Positions 51,712-64,000 of a stretch of 64,000 bases of DNA are shown here, piece by piece. The stretch comes from Octopus sinensis (lineage: Eukaryota), in NCBI RefSeq assembly GCF_006345805.1, contig NC_043001.1, positions 10,292,001 through 10,356,000 on the forward strand, given 5' to 3'. The notes under the pieces are model-generated. The model was not told the DNA's origin, searched no databases, and saw only the letters and a list, made by a program, of their open reading frames with translations. The position numbers and the translations under genes are program-made. The stretch's first letter is position 1. The number at the start of each line of letters is the position of its first letter.

Positions 51712-53266
51712 TTTTTTTTTTTATATATATATATATGGTTTACCTAGTACAACTTCTGACTGTCTTATAAATATAATTCTAGAACATATGGCAGTAGTGC
51801 ATACTTTTAAATATTACTTCTTGCCGATATTTATTAATGCCTTATTGTTACATGATTCGAGTTTATTTTACTTTTTGTCTCCAGGCATACAAATCCAAAT
51901 TTCCTCATTTGTCTCTTCCTCAAAGCTATTGCTCTATGCTTTCAATGTTTAAAGTAGGATTATACGTTTTATATACAAGTAATATTTCGGGCAAGATCAT
52001 ATGAGATGCTTCTATTAATTGTGCTGTCAAATGCTTTTTACAATCTATATTTTTCTTTTTACCTTTTATGGACTTTACTACATCTATTAGAAGTCACACT
52101 GAAGTAAACTTACTGCTAGGCTTTATTGGCAGTATTATCATTATTATTATTATTATTACTTGTGTCATGTACATTCCAATGATAATCTTTAATAATGGGA
52201 ATGGAATTTAAGTAGTTTAGGTTTTGTGTTCTGAAAAAGACCTGTTAGTAAAAAGCATTCTGCGTTCAGTAGTAAACATAATTCTGATGAAAAATGTCTG
52301 GTCTTTTACTCATATTACCACATCTTTCTTTCATTGTTGCATGTATCCATGGTTAAATAGTTGCTTTTATATTCTCAAATACATTTAGTGAGATATACTA
52401 AGGTTTCCCTATTGGAAAAGTGTGGCATTTATGTGGAAATTTGTTTGCCAGTGTAAAAATAAAGTAAAACAGATTTATGAGAAGAAACATGTTACTGTAC
52501 GTAGGTGTGTGTGTGTGTGTGTATGGATGCCATATTTTGCTTATAAATATGCATGAACATTGTATAGCTTCACTAAACTTGTTTATAACTGTATTCTGTG
52601 ATATTAGCTCAATCTATCATTTACTTTGCCATGATCACAAAATTAAGATCAATAACCAACGCATGGCTTGTCTTGTCATCAATGGATCAAGGAGTCTTCC
52701 TCTTTTCAATTCACCAACTTTTCTGTTTTTTTTCTACTTTTATGCTGGTGCAGTTTGCATAGATTAGGAATTGCTTTTTCTTAAAAAAATAATAAAGAAA
52801 CGAGAAATGGTTGCTGTGGCCTAGGTAAAATATTAAAAATCAAGCCTTTTAAAAACTAATTTCTATAAAATGTTCTCAGTGTTCCGAATGCTACAATATT
52901 CCAAAATAGAACACAACTAACAGAAAAACATTAATAAAACATACCAACTTCTTTTTAAATCCTGTTACTTTTAAGATATTATTTGTTAAAGAGTGGTTAG
53001 TAAGTTGCTTATGTATTTCTTTTGTATTAACAGAACTTGAATTTTATATAAAACTAAAAATAGAAATATAATTTGTAAAAAAAAAAATTTAAAAAACGAG
53101 TGAAAGAATTTAAATTTGGTTATACATTTTAGCAAATGCATGCATTCCAGGTGGTATCTTTTCATTTCAGCACTAAATATGTACCTGGAATCATAAGTCA
53201 CATAGCTAACAACTAAACATGCTTCAAAGCAAACTGTCTTAATACAAAACCATCTGATGCTGCAGC

Positions 53267-53452
53267 AGGGGCATAGCTAGGGTAAATGGTACCCAGGGCA
53301 AGCATCAAAATTGCGCCCCTCTCTCCAACCAAAAAGTGGAAACTTGCATAGAAATGGCTTAATTAGAAAATGATCTTGCCCAAAATTATGCCCCCATGAA
53401 AGTGGAGCCCAGGGCATGTGTCCTGCTTGCTCCACCCTAGCTACACACCCGT
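53267..53452. mobile_element. MITE-like element with short terminal inverted repeats, superfamily undetermined
   Basis: AGGGGCATAGCTAGGG ... CCCTAGCTACACACCC; no target-site duplication found. Confidence 0.55.
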
Positions 53453-53911
53453 GCTGTATTAATTATTGTAGTGGTAGATATACAATGCCTGGTTGTTAAA
53501 ACTAGAGTGGTCATCGTTGGAATGCTTTTTATTACAGGTGAAGTCAGTCTGAACTATCTTGGGGCTCTGAGTATCTCTTCTATAGCCAGGCACCACCTAT
53601 CTCTATCCCTTTATTATACTTTAACCTTTCTCAGTTCCACTCCCTCTCCCAGCTGACAGATCTAAAAGCTACTTGCCAACTTCACTAGTGTTGGTGCCAC
53701 ATAAAAAGCACCCAGTACACTCTGTAAAGTGGTTGGTATTAGGAACCATACCAAAGCAGACAATGGAACTGGGTAAGTTCTCTGGTCTGCCTACCTCCTG
53801 TCAATCTGTCCAACACCTACCAGCATGGAAGCCTGAAGTTAAATGATGATAATCATCGTAGTAATAATGATGATAACCATTTTACCAACAATAACTCTGA
53901 GCACCTTTTTC

Positions 53912-54262
53912 AAATTCCACCTGTCTAACACCTATGGACATGTTTGCAAAGTCAGAAAACAGCACAGCTCTCATGACTTTCGGAAACATTTTTTCACGCT
54001 AAGAGTTGCTGAAGCATGGAACAAACTGCCAGCATCAGTTGTCAGTTGTCGGAGCACCGCATCCTTCAAAACTTCCATGCTTCCTGAGATTCGCCAACAC
54101 TACACCTGATTTTCTTCCCCCCATACACACGCAAGCATGTATCTGACTCATACACTGTTCGTTTTCCAGACTTTTGTACATTACTGCATATACTTTATAC
54201 ACACTTTTGACAAGTTGTGGTGCACCTGAGCACTGTATACAATAATTTCATTATTATTATTA
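53912..54262 (+). mobile_element. CR1-type LINE 3' end
   Basis: NTYGHVCKVRKQHSSHDFRKHFFTLRVAEAWNKLPASVVSCRSTASFKTSMLPEIRQHYT*, then UTR and (ATT)n. Confidence 0.88.
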
Positions 54263-54265
54263 ATA

Positions 54266-54468
54266 AGGCGGTGAGCTGGCAGAACTGTTAGCAGGCCGGG
54301 TGAAGTGCTTAGCGGTATCACCTGCTGCTACGTTCTGAGTTCAAATTCCGCTGAGGTCAAGTTTACCTTTCACCCTTTCAGGGACGATAAATTAAGTACC
54401 TGGGGTCGATGTAATCGACTAGTCGCCACCCCCAACAACCAAATATCAGGCCTTGTGTCTAAAGTAGA

Positions 54469-54472
<4 letters not shown>
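54266..54472 (+). mobile_element. SINE family C, alternative 3' tail
   Basis: Tail shared with 18071-18285. Confidence 0.8.
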
Positions 54473-54504
<32 letters not shown>

Positions 54505-55887
54505 GATAATGATGATGACAATCTTGACTTGTATTTCAAGGTCTTTGCTCCAGTAACCATCTCTCTGGTTATCTGTGGTACCCTTATCATAGATTTTACT
54601 TTAGTAATGTGGTTTAGGTGACAAATAAAATATGAACGACTGAACTAAATAACAAACATCTCTGGTAATTAACAGCAATAATTACTGACATTTACTCTTC
54701 TTACACCTTTTTAGATTAATTATTGACAGACAAACAAGAATTACACGAAAAGAATTTTAGTTTGAGGATGCTTGACATTCAAGCAGATGAAATGGTTGAT
54801 GATACTAGTTTGTTAGTAACCAAAGTGGTATGTAACAGAAAGAAGAATGATTTGACAATATTGGGGGGTAGAGTTATAAATAGACAAGGCATGTGTTTTT
54901 ATCGGGTCTTATAAAATCTTGCAAAAACGATAATGAAACGAGTGTTGTTATTAATGGAAGCTCTGCTTTACATACCTGATCGATTCTGCTAACCTTTCCA
55001 GCATTTTCTGAGTAAAACATCAGATGTTGTTATTTTCCTTGTTGAATCTTTGATGTGTATGTTCGCAATACTGAAATGGTGGTAATGTTCTAAGTAAACT
55101 AGCGCTATCATTACCGAATTTTCTCAGCTTGCAAAAAAACTTTTTTCTTTCTCTTTGCCAGAATAAAAAAAAAAAACGGAAAATAAGCAAAAAAAAAAAT
55201 TTCTAACATTCTTTTTTAAGTTTTAATTTCTTTTTCATTGATATGTTAGTTACTATATGTTATTGATTGCCTAAGATTGTGTTCAAAAACAGTCTTAGTG
55301 TGGGTGAACAAGGTATGAGAATTTGAAGAGAGAAAAAAGAACCTTAATACATTCTGTGAAATTATTATTATTATTATTACTATTATTATTGTTATTGTTA
55401 TTAACATTACTGTTGCTGATTTCTGAAGAAAATTAAGAAAATCAGTAAAAGGAATATTCTCATACACATTTATACATATTTTGATATTAATTTTGTTTAA
55501 TTTTTTAATGTTTGTTTTTTTTTTTATACCATGATGGAATTTCAAAATGCGTATATGGAAAAATGACATATTCTGAGAAAATTTTGATTCGTGTTATGAG
55601 CGATATTTTAATTTACAAAATAGGGAAAATGTTTAACACGATGTTTCGCCTGTTGTGTGTGTGTGTGCATGCATGTCTCCACACACAAAGATACAAAACT
55701 TTAATTTTGTAAAGAGTATGCCAAAGTGATGATGTTTTACTACTTCTAACTATACAGATCTTTTAGAAAAGCTAAGCAACAAAACCCCATTTCATCATTA
55801 GACCTTTTGGTGCTAGGAGAGCTTAGATTATTCAAAATTTTCTGAGCTTTCAAGGAGCAACTTTTGATCAATAATAGTTTTGTGAGA

Positions 55888-56297
55888 CTCTCATTTACTC
55901 ATTTACTTGTTTCAGTCATTTGACTGTGGCCATGCTGGAGCACTGCCTTTAGTCGAGCACATCGACCCCAGAACTTATTCTTTGTAAGCCTAGTACTTAT
56001 TCTATCGGTCTCTTTTTGCCGGACTGCTAAGTTACGGGGATGTAAACACACCAGCATCGGTTATCAAGCGATGTTAGAGGGACAAACACAGACACACAAA
56101 CATATACACACATATATATATATACATATATATATGACAGGCTTCTTTCAGTTTCCGTCAACCAAATCCACTCACAAGGCATTGGTCGGCCCGGGGCTAT
56201 AGTAGAAGACACTTGCCCAAGTTGCCACGCAGTGGGACTGAACCCGGAACCATGTGGTTGGTAAGCAAGCTACTTACCACAGAGCCACTCCTGCGCC
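55888..56297 (-). mobile_element. SINE family A
   Basis: Full-length copy. Confidence 0.9.
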
Positions 56298-56394
56298 TGT
56301 GAATAAGAGATATGAATAAGAGTGCAAAGTTTGTGAGAAATTGTACTCTTACCCAACCATTATTATTACACTGCGTTCCCTTTTGTTTGTTTGT

Positions 56395-56660
56395 GCGCAT
56401 GTGTGTGGGTCAGTGTGTGTGTGTGTGTGTGCCTATACATGCATGTATGTATGTATGTGTTTGCATGTGTATGTACATATCCTGCATATTTATGTGCTTG
56501 CATGTGCGTGTTTGTGTACCTTCTATGTATGTGTGTGTGAGCATGTGTTTGTATATGTGTGCACCTCTGTCTCCTTGTGTGTGCATGTCTGTGTGTGTGT
56601 GTGTGTGTGTGTGTCATGCAACTATGTACCATGTTTGTATGTATGGATATGCATCTTTAT
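56395..56660. repeat. Degenerate (TG)n/(TATG)n low-complexity tract
   Basis: Directly visible; it accounts for the C/V-rich ORFs here. Confidence 0.85.
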
Positions 56661-58277
56661 ATGTGTGGATCCATGTTCTCCAAGCACTCCCCCCCCCCAC
56701 TGCTAATGAAATCACCTGGGTAACAGAAGCCATGAACAACTTCTAGGGAGACTTCTACACACTTACTAGTATCTGTGAGATCTTAGAGTTTATTGTCTCT
56801 TTACACCTGATACATGCTTCGTGTACTTTTTCTGTTAACCTACAACACACACACACACATCACAGATAATAGAAAATTCTTTACAACTATAGCATTCATC
56901 AAATTGACTTTTGACTTTAATCTTTCATCAATTCAATTTCACCGATTCCTTCATTGTATACTAAAGGAATTGTTTCAGAAGAAATGTGGGCAAAAAGCTA
57001 TTTTTATGGATTTCTTTCTTATACGGCCAAGTTAGACATTAAACTTCACAGCATTTGTTTTTGTGCCTAAATTATCCAGTGAGCTTTTATTCCGTCCACA
57101 ATGAATGAGATCCTGCTGATCATTATCATTTTCAATTGAAAGAAATTAATTTATTTGCATTCACAGAAAAGTATCTTCATGGAGTAACCCATGAATCATA
57201 ATTGATTATTCGTTTCTTCCTGAACATTTATTGTTCGTGTGGTCTGTCTGTTTGTCTTAATTTTCTCACTCACTTAAGGTGGCATCTGACCATTGAATGC
57301 TTCGTTGATGAATCAGAAATTTTGGAAACTCTATTCCTGTTGATAACTGCGAGAAACCATTGCATCCAAATTAAGAACAAACAATATTTTATTTGATTTA
57401 GCTTAATGTGTGGAATACTTCAATTCCGAAATCAGAAGCTGAATGAAATCTCTTTAATGCCTATTTCACAAATATAGAAAACTTTCTGCGGAGATGCAAT
57501 TAAAAAAAAAATAATAATGAAAACAAAAACTGAAAAAAAAAAAAGAACTTGACAAAGAATAATCTAAATAGGAACTGTGCTAACACTTTTATATTCTTAA
57601 ATCTATCTCTCATTCTCTCTCTCTGTTTTTCTTTCTCTCTGGTAACTTAGAGGTGATTTTCTGATTGTAAAAGCATTCTCTCTTACTAAGCAAATGTTTT
57701 GCTTTCTGATTTTTTTTTTTATTTTGTTCTTGAATCAATACGAAATTGTAACATTGAATATGTTCATATAAAAACTGCTCTCTATTATTGTGTGACGTAT
57801 AGAAAGTACAGAAATTGTAATGACATTTCACCTTCTAATTAGAATTGTATTAAGTAGTAGTCCTACCATATAACATTCAGACAAAGTTATATCAAAGGCA
57901 CAAAGTAGAGCCAAGTGACACTTAACAGTCAGGAAATCCTAAGTAGTTGACTTTTTCAAATGATAGTCTCCCGAATCGCTTGATTAATAGTGGTGTGTGT
58001 CGGCAAACATTAAGCTGGAAATAAAACCGCAAAGATTGAGCCATAATAGGAAGTAGATTAGCATTATAGGCAGGATCTTAATAACAGACAAGGAGGAGTT
58101 AGTGTTTATATGAGTGAATAATGTATGAAAGTTATGCTGAAGGGTGACCAAAGTAGGGAGAGAGAGAGGATGGTGAAATGTCAAAGGTCAATAAAAACAG
58201 AATGAGAAAGAAAAGGAAAAGAGAAGAATACAGAGTAAGATGGAAAAAAATGAAATTAAAAAGAATTGCAAGATGAT

Positions 58278-58313
<36 letters not shown>

Positions 58314-58548
58314 GCATGCTATGGTAGACTGCTACAGCTTTTACCTGACAGTTTCTACTTACAGGAAGCATTAGAAGAAGATAGTTTCTCTTGAGTCAGA
58401 ATGTGTTGAGAGAATGAGTGGAGACGTATAAAGTAAGGGGTTTCATTTTGTGAAGTGGGGTTGAGGTACTGCAGCTGCACTGATATTGCTGAGCTTGTTG
58501 AGGAATGGAAGTGAGGTTGGCAATTTGTATGACTTGATGCACACACAC

Positions 58549-58840
58549 ATCATCATCATCGTCATCGTTTAACGTCCACTTTCCATGCTATATGGGTTGG
58601 ACGATTTTGACTGAGGGCTGGCAAAACAGATGGCCACACCAACTCCAATCTTGATCTGGCAGAGTTTCTACAGCTGGATGCCCTTCCTAATGCCAACCAC
58701 TCCGAGAGTGTAGTGGGTGCTTTTTACGTGCCAGTCAGACGGTACTGGCAATGACCTCGCTCGAATCTTTTTACACATGCCACTGACACAGGTGCCAGTA
58801 AGGCGACATTGGTAACGATCACGCTCAAATGGTGCCCCTT
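58549..58840 (-). mobile_element. Family B repeat
   Basis: (CAT)n tail and B block. Confidence 0.85.
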
Positions 58841-58857
58841 TTATATATATATATAAT

Positions 58858-59855
58858 TGGTCAGATGGTTGAACCAGATGTGGCCCAGAAACTGGTGTCA
58901 GCCCTTGTAGATTGGACCACTAAAGCCTTGCCATCCTCCAGAGTACAGATGTTCGACATAATTGGGATGACATCAGGTGCAAGTCCACCTTCAAGCACAG
59001 TTAGAGACATCATGAGACCAGCAACACCTTGCTTGCCATCGTTCTGTCTCACAACTAAATAGTGGGGCATGGTTTCAATTCTGTACCCCCACCTCATCTA
59101 CCAAGTACCTCTGCAGAGGTTGAGTGCACTCACATCGGAGTGGCTCATTGCCTCAGACTCCACAGTGTGATCCACACAAACATTGTGAAATGGTAGTAGA
59201 TGAGTTCAGCCTGAATTGGTTATCCTGCAACCTGAGCATGGGTTGACTCCTTAGACATATCACTCTGAGTGAGATAATTAGAAGGAGCCTCTACATGGCT
59301 GGTTGCCTGTCCCAGCTGGGGGCAGTAGGTCTAGACTGTAGGGAGAGTAAGTGCCCTGATGGAATCACCCTCTTCCCATTTGAGGGAAGCAAATCCCTAG
59401 TCTGGGATGTGACATGCAGCACAATGTGTTCTCTCGCTCCAACCTTGCAGCATTGGCTACAGACCCACCTGTAACATGAAGGAGAGAAAAGTCAGTAAAT
59501 ACAGGGGCCTGATTGGTCACTATCAGTTTGTGCCAGTTGCTGTGAAGCTGTCAGGTGTTCTTGGACCCTGTGCTACCAATTTCTTTCGTAAAAATGGGAC
59601 AATACTGGCCAATCACGGAAATGAACCTGCAAGGTGGAGTGACTGCTGCTGTATCACTGGCCATGATGGGCATTACCACAGGGGGCAGCTGAGCACACCA
59701 TTTGTTCTGGGGTGTGTGACCTATTGCCTACCCTCCCCCCATTTTCTGCTTTGCACCCCCTTTTTCTTCCTTTTTGCCACTTTTGTTTCTATTTCTTTAT
59801 ATTTAAATGTTGTGATTTAAAATGTGATCTGTTGTGCAATTGATTGTAATAATAA
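58858..59855 (+). mobile_element. Decayed CRE-like non-LTR retrotransposon 3' part (Zn knuckle plus restriction-like endonuclease)
   Basis: Plus frames GAWFQ, ECTHIGVA, HCEMVVDEFSLNWLSCNLSMG*LLRHITLSEIIRRSL...KCPDGITLFPFEGSKSLVWDVTCST, and ERKVSKYRGL..YQFVPVAV..SGVLGPCA; frameshifts and stops present. Confidence 0.8.
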
Positions 59856-59979
59856 TGCTTTCTTTGACTCCCCGGAATCATATGTTTGGAAGATTAATAT
59901 GGTTAACTGTGCGGGTATTGGGGTGGCTGCGATATACAGAAGTGGCTTGAGAGATATTGATAGGAATGTCATTACTCTC

Positions 59980-60389
59980 TCTTTACTCTTTTACTCTTTT
60001 ACTTGTTTCAGTCATTTGACTGTGGCCATGCTGGAGCACCACCTTTAGTCGTGCAAATTAACCCTAGGACTTATTCTTTGTAAGCCTGGTGCTTATCCTA
60101 TCAGTCTCTTTTGCTGAACCACTAAGTTACAGGGACATAAATACACCAGCATTGGTTGTCAAGCGATGTTGGGGGGAAAAACACAGATACACAAACATAT
60201 ACACACACACACACACACACATATACATATTTATGACGGGGTCCTTTCAGTTTCCGTCTACCAAATCCACTCACAAGGCTTTGGTTGGCTATAGCAGAAG
60301 ACACTTGTCCAAGGTGCTATGCAGTGAGACTGAACCCGGAACCATGTGGTTGGTAAGCAAGCTAGTTACCACACAGCCACTCCTACGCC
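59980..60389 (-). mobile_element. SINE family A
   Basis: Full-length copy. Confidence 0.9.
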
Positions 60390-60591
60390 TTCTATTATCA
60401 ACAAATAATGAAAGGATGTCTCCAGCTGTGCAGACTTATTTGTGAGCTACCTTAATGCATCTTCTCAGAGACACTGTAACCATTGTTAATGCCATTTATC
60501 AAGTTGCTGACTGCTAGATTGCTGCTGACATATTTTAGCTGTAGAATTGTGATGGAACTTGCAAAGGGAAAAGTGTGTAGCATAAACCATT

Positions 60592-60992
60592 ACTCTTTTT
60601 ACTCTTTTACTTGTTTCAGTCATTTGACTGTGGCCATGCTGGAGCACCGCCTTTTTTAACCCCGGGACTTATTCTTTTGTAAGCCCAGTACTTATTCTAT
60701 CGGTCTCTTTTGCCGAACCGCCAAGTGACGGGGATGTAAACAAACCAGCATCGGTTGTCAAGCAATGCTAGGGGAACAAACACAGACACACAAACACACA
60801 CATACATATATATATATATACATATATACGACGGGCTTCTTTTCAGTTTCCGTCTACCAAATCCACTCACAAGGCATTGGTCGGCCCGGGGCTGTAGCAG
60901 AAGACACTTGCCCAAGATGCCACGCAGTGGGACTGAACCCGGAACCATGTGGTTGGTTAGCAAGCTACTTACCACACAGCCACTCCTACGCC
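60592..60992 (-). mobile_element. SINE family A
   Basis: Full-length copy. Confidence 0.9.
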
Positions 60993-61923
60993 TATTACTT
61001 CATGTTACAAATATAACTGTTCTGTTATTCCCAACTTTGCTCAAGAGAAACCAAAGGAATTTTGTAAAAGAAGAGTGAATACCATTTCTTTAGTCAATTC
61101 TGCTCTATTAGCTAAAAAAAAAAGCGATGATCTCAAGATCATAGCAGGGTGGATCCACCTTCTCATACTGTTAACATTTCTATTTCAACAGAAAGCAACT
61201 ACTTACAGTTTGGTGGGAGAAGTGTTAATGGTGAATCGGAAGCAAACACATAAATAGCAGATAAATAGAAGCTTTGATGCTTATATTTTTAAACAATTGT
61301 TTACTAACTCCAAGCATTATTAGTTGTTTAAAATTAATCAATTTATACTTCCTATTAAAGTTGTTAATTAATCTGATAGTCATCAATAAAAAAATTTCAC
61401 TGAGTACCGGAGGTCTTTTTCAAATTTATTTAGAAAATTTGTAACTAGAGGCATGAAAACTTAAAACGCTGTTCATCTGTCATTGACACTTCTATTTATC
61501 TGCTCTTAAAAATTAATTTGGAAAGACACACAGACACACACACACACACACATACACATATACACACACTCACTCATTCTCCATTCTCTGTCTGTTTCTT
61601 GTTGATCATTCTTTCACTGTTTTCCACCTACATTTAATGAGTTGGTATGTACAGTTATGATAATTTGTATATTTAAAGAATCTTCTTTACGCTGCTTTTG
61701 TTAGTTTGACATTATCAATTAAAAAGAAAATTTTGTTGATATTGTGAAGAGGTAATGATGTTATTTATCCTTTCTTTTTCCTTCAGTCTGGGTTTTGTGA
61801 ATGGTAAAAGCTGGCACTCTGTCAGATACAGTGACAAGAGTTCCAGATGATTTGATCAGCAGAACAGCCTGCTTGTGAAATTAATGTGCAAGTAGCTGAG
61901 CATGCCACAGACACATGTAATCT

Positions 61924-62156
61924 TATTTCTTTATTGCCCACAAGGGGCTAAACACAGAGGGGACAAACAAGGACAGACAAACGGATTAAGTCGATTATAT
62001 TGACACCAGTGCATAACTGGTACTTATTTAATCGACCCAGAAAGGATGAAAGGCAAAATCGACCTTGGCGGAATTTGAACTCAGAACGTAGCGAAAGACG
62101 AAATACTGCTAAGCATTTTGGCCAGCGTGCTAGCGTTTCTGCCAGCTCACCACCTT
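61924..62156 (-). mobile_element. SINE family C inserted in an older repeat (about 61815-62345)
   Basis: 15-bp target-site duplication AGACACA(T/C)GTAATCT at 61909-61923 and 62157-62171. Confidence 0.88.
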
Positions 62157-62436
62157 AGACACACGTAATCTCAACATAGTTCTCATGGAGATTCAGCATG
62201 ACACAGAATGTGACAATGCTGGCCTTTTTGCCAGCTGAACAGGCTGGAGCAATGTGAAAGAAAGTGTCTCACTCAAGAAATCAAACTCCTGACCTTATGG
62301 TCTTTAGCTAAATACCCTAACCATTGAGCCTAGTGCTTTCACTGTCAACGATTACATTGGTTATTTAAAACGGTCAGCACTGGAATGATTATTTTCTAAT
62401 CAGATTAAATGCTTGTAAGAATGGATAGTTTTTTTT

Positions 62437-62890
62437 TTCACTTGTTTCAGTCATTTGACTGTGGCCATGCTGGAGCACCACCTTTAGTCAAACAAATTGA
62501 CCCCAGGACTTATTCTTTTTAAACCTAGTACTTATTCTATCAGTTTCTTTTGCTGAAATGCTAAGTTACGGGAATGTAAGCACACCAACATTGGTGTCAA
62601 ACGATGATAGGGGGGACAAACACACATACACGCACACATGCATATATATATAAGATTACAAAAGGCGGTGAGCTGGCAGAATCGTTAGCATGCCGGGCGA
62701 AATGCTTTGCGGTATTTCGTCCGCCGCTGCGTTCTGAGTTCAAATCCCGCCGAGGTCAACTTTGCCTTTCATCCTTTCGGGGTCAATAAATTAAGTACCA
62801 GTTACACACTGGGGTCGTTGTAATCGACTTAATTCGTTTGTCTATCTTTGTTTGTCCCCTCTATGTTTAGCCCCTTGTGAGTAATAAGAA

Positions 62891-62931
<41 letters not shown>

Positions 62932-63313
62932 TCTTTTTACTCTTTTACTCGTTTCAGTCATTTGACTGTGGCCATGCTGGAGCATTGCCTTTAGTAGAGT
63001 AAATCGACCCCAGGACTTATTCTTTGTAAGCCTAGTATTTATTCTATCGGTCACTTTTGCCGAACCACTAAGTTACAGGGACATAAATACACCAGCATCA
63101 GTTGTCAAGCAATGTTGGGGGAACAAACACACACACACATATGTACGATGGGCTTCTTTCAGTTTCCGTCTACCAGATCCACTCACAAGGCTTTGATCAG
63201 CCTGACACTAAAGTAGAAGACACTTGCATAATGTATCACTGTGTCGCATAGTGGGACTGAACCTGGAACCATGTGGTTGGGAAGCAAGCTTCTTACCACA
63301 CAGCCACTCCTGC
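62437..63313. mobile_element. SINE cluster: A 3' half (minus, 62437-62645), C (plus, 62663-62892), A (minus, 62931-63313)
   Basis: Direct similarity to the other copies in the window. Confidence 0.85.
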
Positions 63314-64000
63314 AAGTATATATAGAAAAATATTATTTCATAGAAATCCATTAGCATCAAGTAATATACCATTTGGAATCATTGTGCTACTATTACAGCA
63401 AAGTTTTAAACTCGATAAGGTTATGGTTTGTTTTTGTTTTTGTGTTTTTCATTCTGTATCCTACCTCTTATTTTTTAACTTCTCTTTCATGCCACAGTTT
63501 TCTTTATGGACATAATGTACCATGCTTTATTGAATACTATTATATTGCTGAAATCAATAATAAAATACATCATGGTAATAATTTTTGAGTTACGTAATGT
63601 TTTTCTTCATCACATCAAAATTTCAATACTTTTTGGAGATAGGTCATTGAAACAAGGTATGCTGGGTGTTTATGGTAATGCTATAAAAGGAACTGAAAGG
63701 CGCCACGGCTTAGATACGTGAATGGAGGACAAGTAAATTTATGAATTTGAATTACATTGTAATTGAATATTTGAAGTTATATGATATTTGTGTTTCATAT
63801 TCTGAAGTAATGAAGGCAGAAATAAGGTAATAATATGAAATAGAATCTGAGGAAAGTAGTAATGATCTTTATTGCGTAATTGTAAGTACAAGCTGTTCGC
63901 AGTGAAATGAGTTAATTTGTTATGAGGAAAAGTTTGATGTTTTAGATAAAGTTCTTTATCAAAGAAGGAAATATAGTTTATACTTTGTCATAAACTAGTC

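Noticed and set aside
54723-54914. ORF with KNFSLRMLDIQ, resembling an Ig E-strand
   Set aside because: It lacks the D.G.Y.C motif and is on the wrong strand for the host gene.
56312-56746. Cys/Val- or His/Thr-rich ORFs here and at 12308-12765 and 18506-18766
   Set aside because: Translations of TG/CA/TA microsatellites.
57274-57346. 73-nt minus-strand segment with good acceptor (TCTCGCAG) and donor (GTGAGT), open in two frames
   Set aside because: Neither translation resembles nephrin or an Ig domain; it needs RNA-seq before being called.

Overview
AT-rich, repeat-dense eukaryotic DNA. I infer a cephalopod, most likely Octopus, from recognising the SINE, RTE and mariner families; this was not database-checked. 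I can support only one host coding exon: a minus-strand Ig-domain exon at about 13250-13368 that resembles nephrin (NPHS1/Sns/Hibris), so most of the window is probably giant intron. The rest is tRNA-derived SINEs (labelled families A, C, D here), an RTE-tailed repeat (family B), RTE and CR1-type LINE fragments, Tc1/mariner relics, two non-autonomous Helitrons, fold-back MITEs, two decayed CRE-like retrotransposons with a restriction-like endonuclease, and microsatellites. Nearly all ORFs in the supplied track are repeat read-throughs. The main observations are: (1) five minimal type I hammerhead-ribozyme-like motifs in three repeat families, two of which carry family-wide non-canonical cores (a compensatory G3-C8 swap, and A6U); (2) a U6 snRNA retrocopy fused directly to an RTE-type 3' end; (3) a perfect 84-bp inverted repeat; (4) the nephrin-like exon lacks an AG at its expected acceptor but has an in-frame AG 15 nt downstream. 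All alignments and folds were done by eye, and repeat boundaries are approximate (about 10-20 nt).
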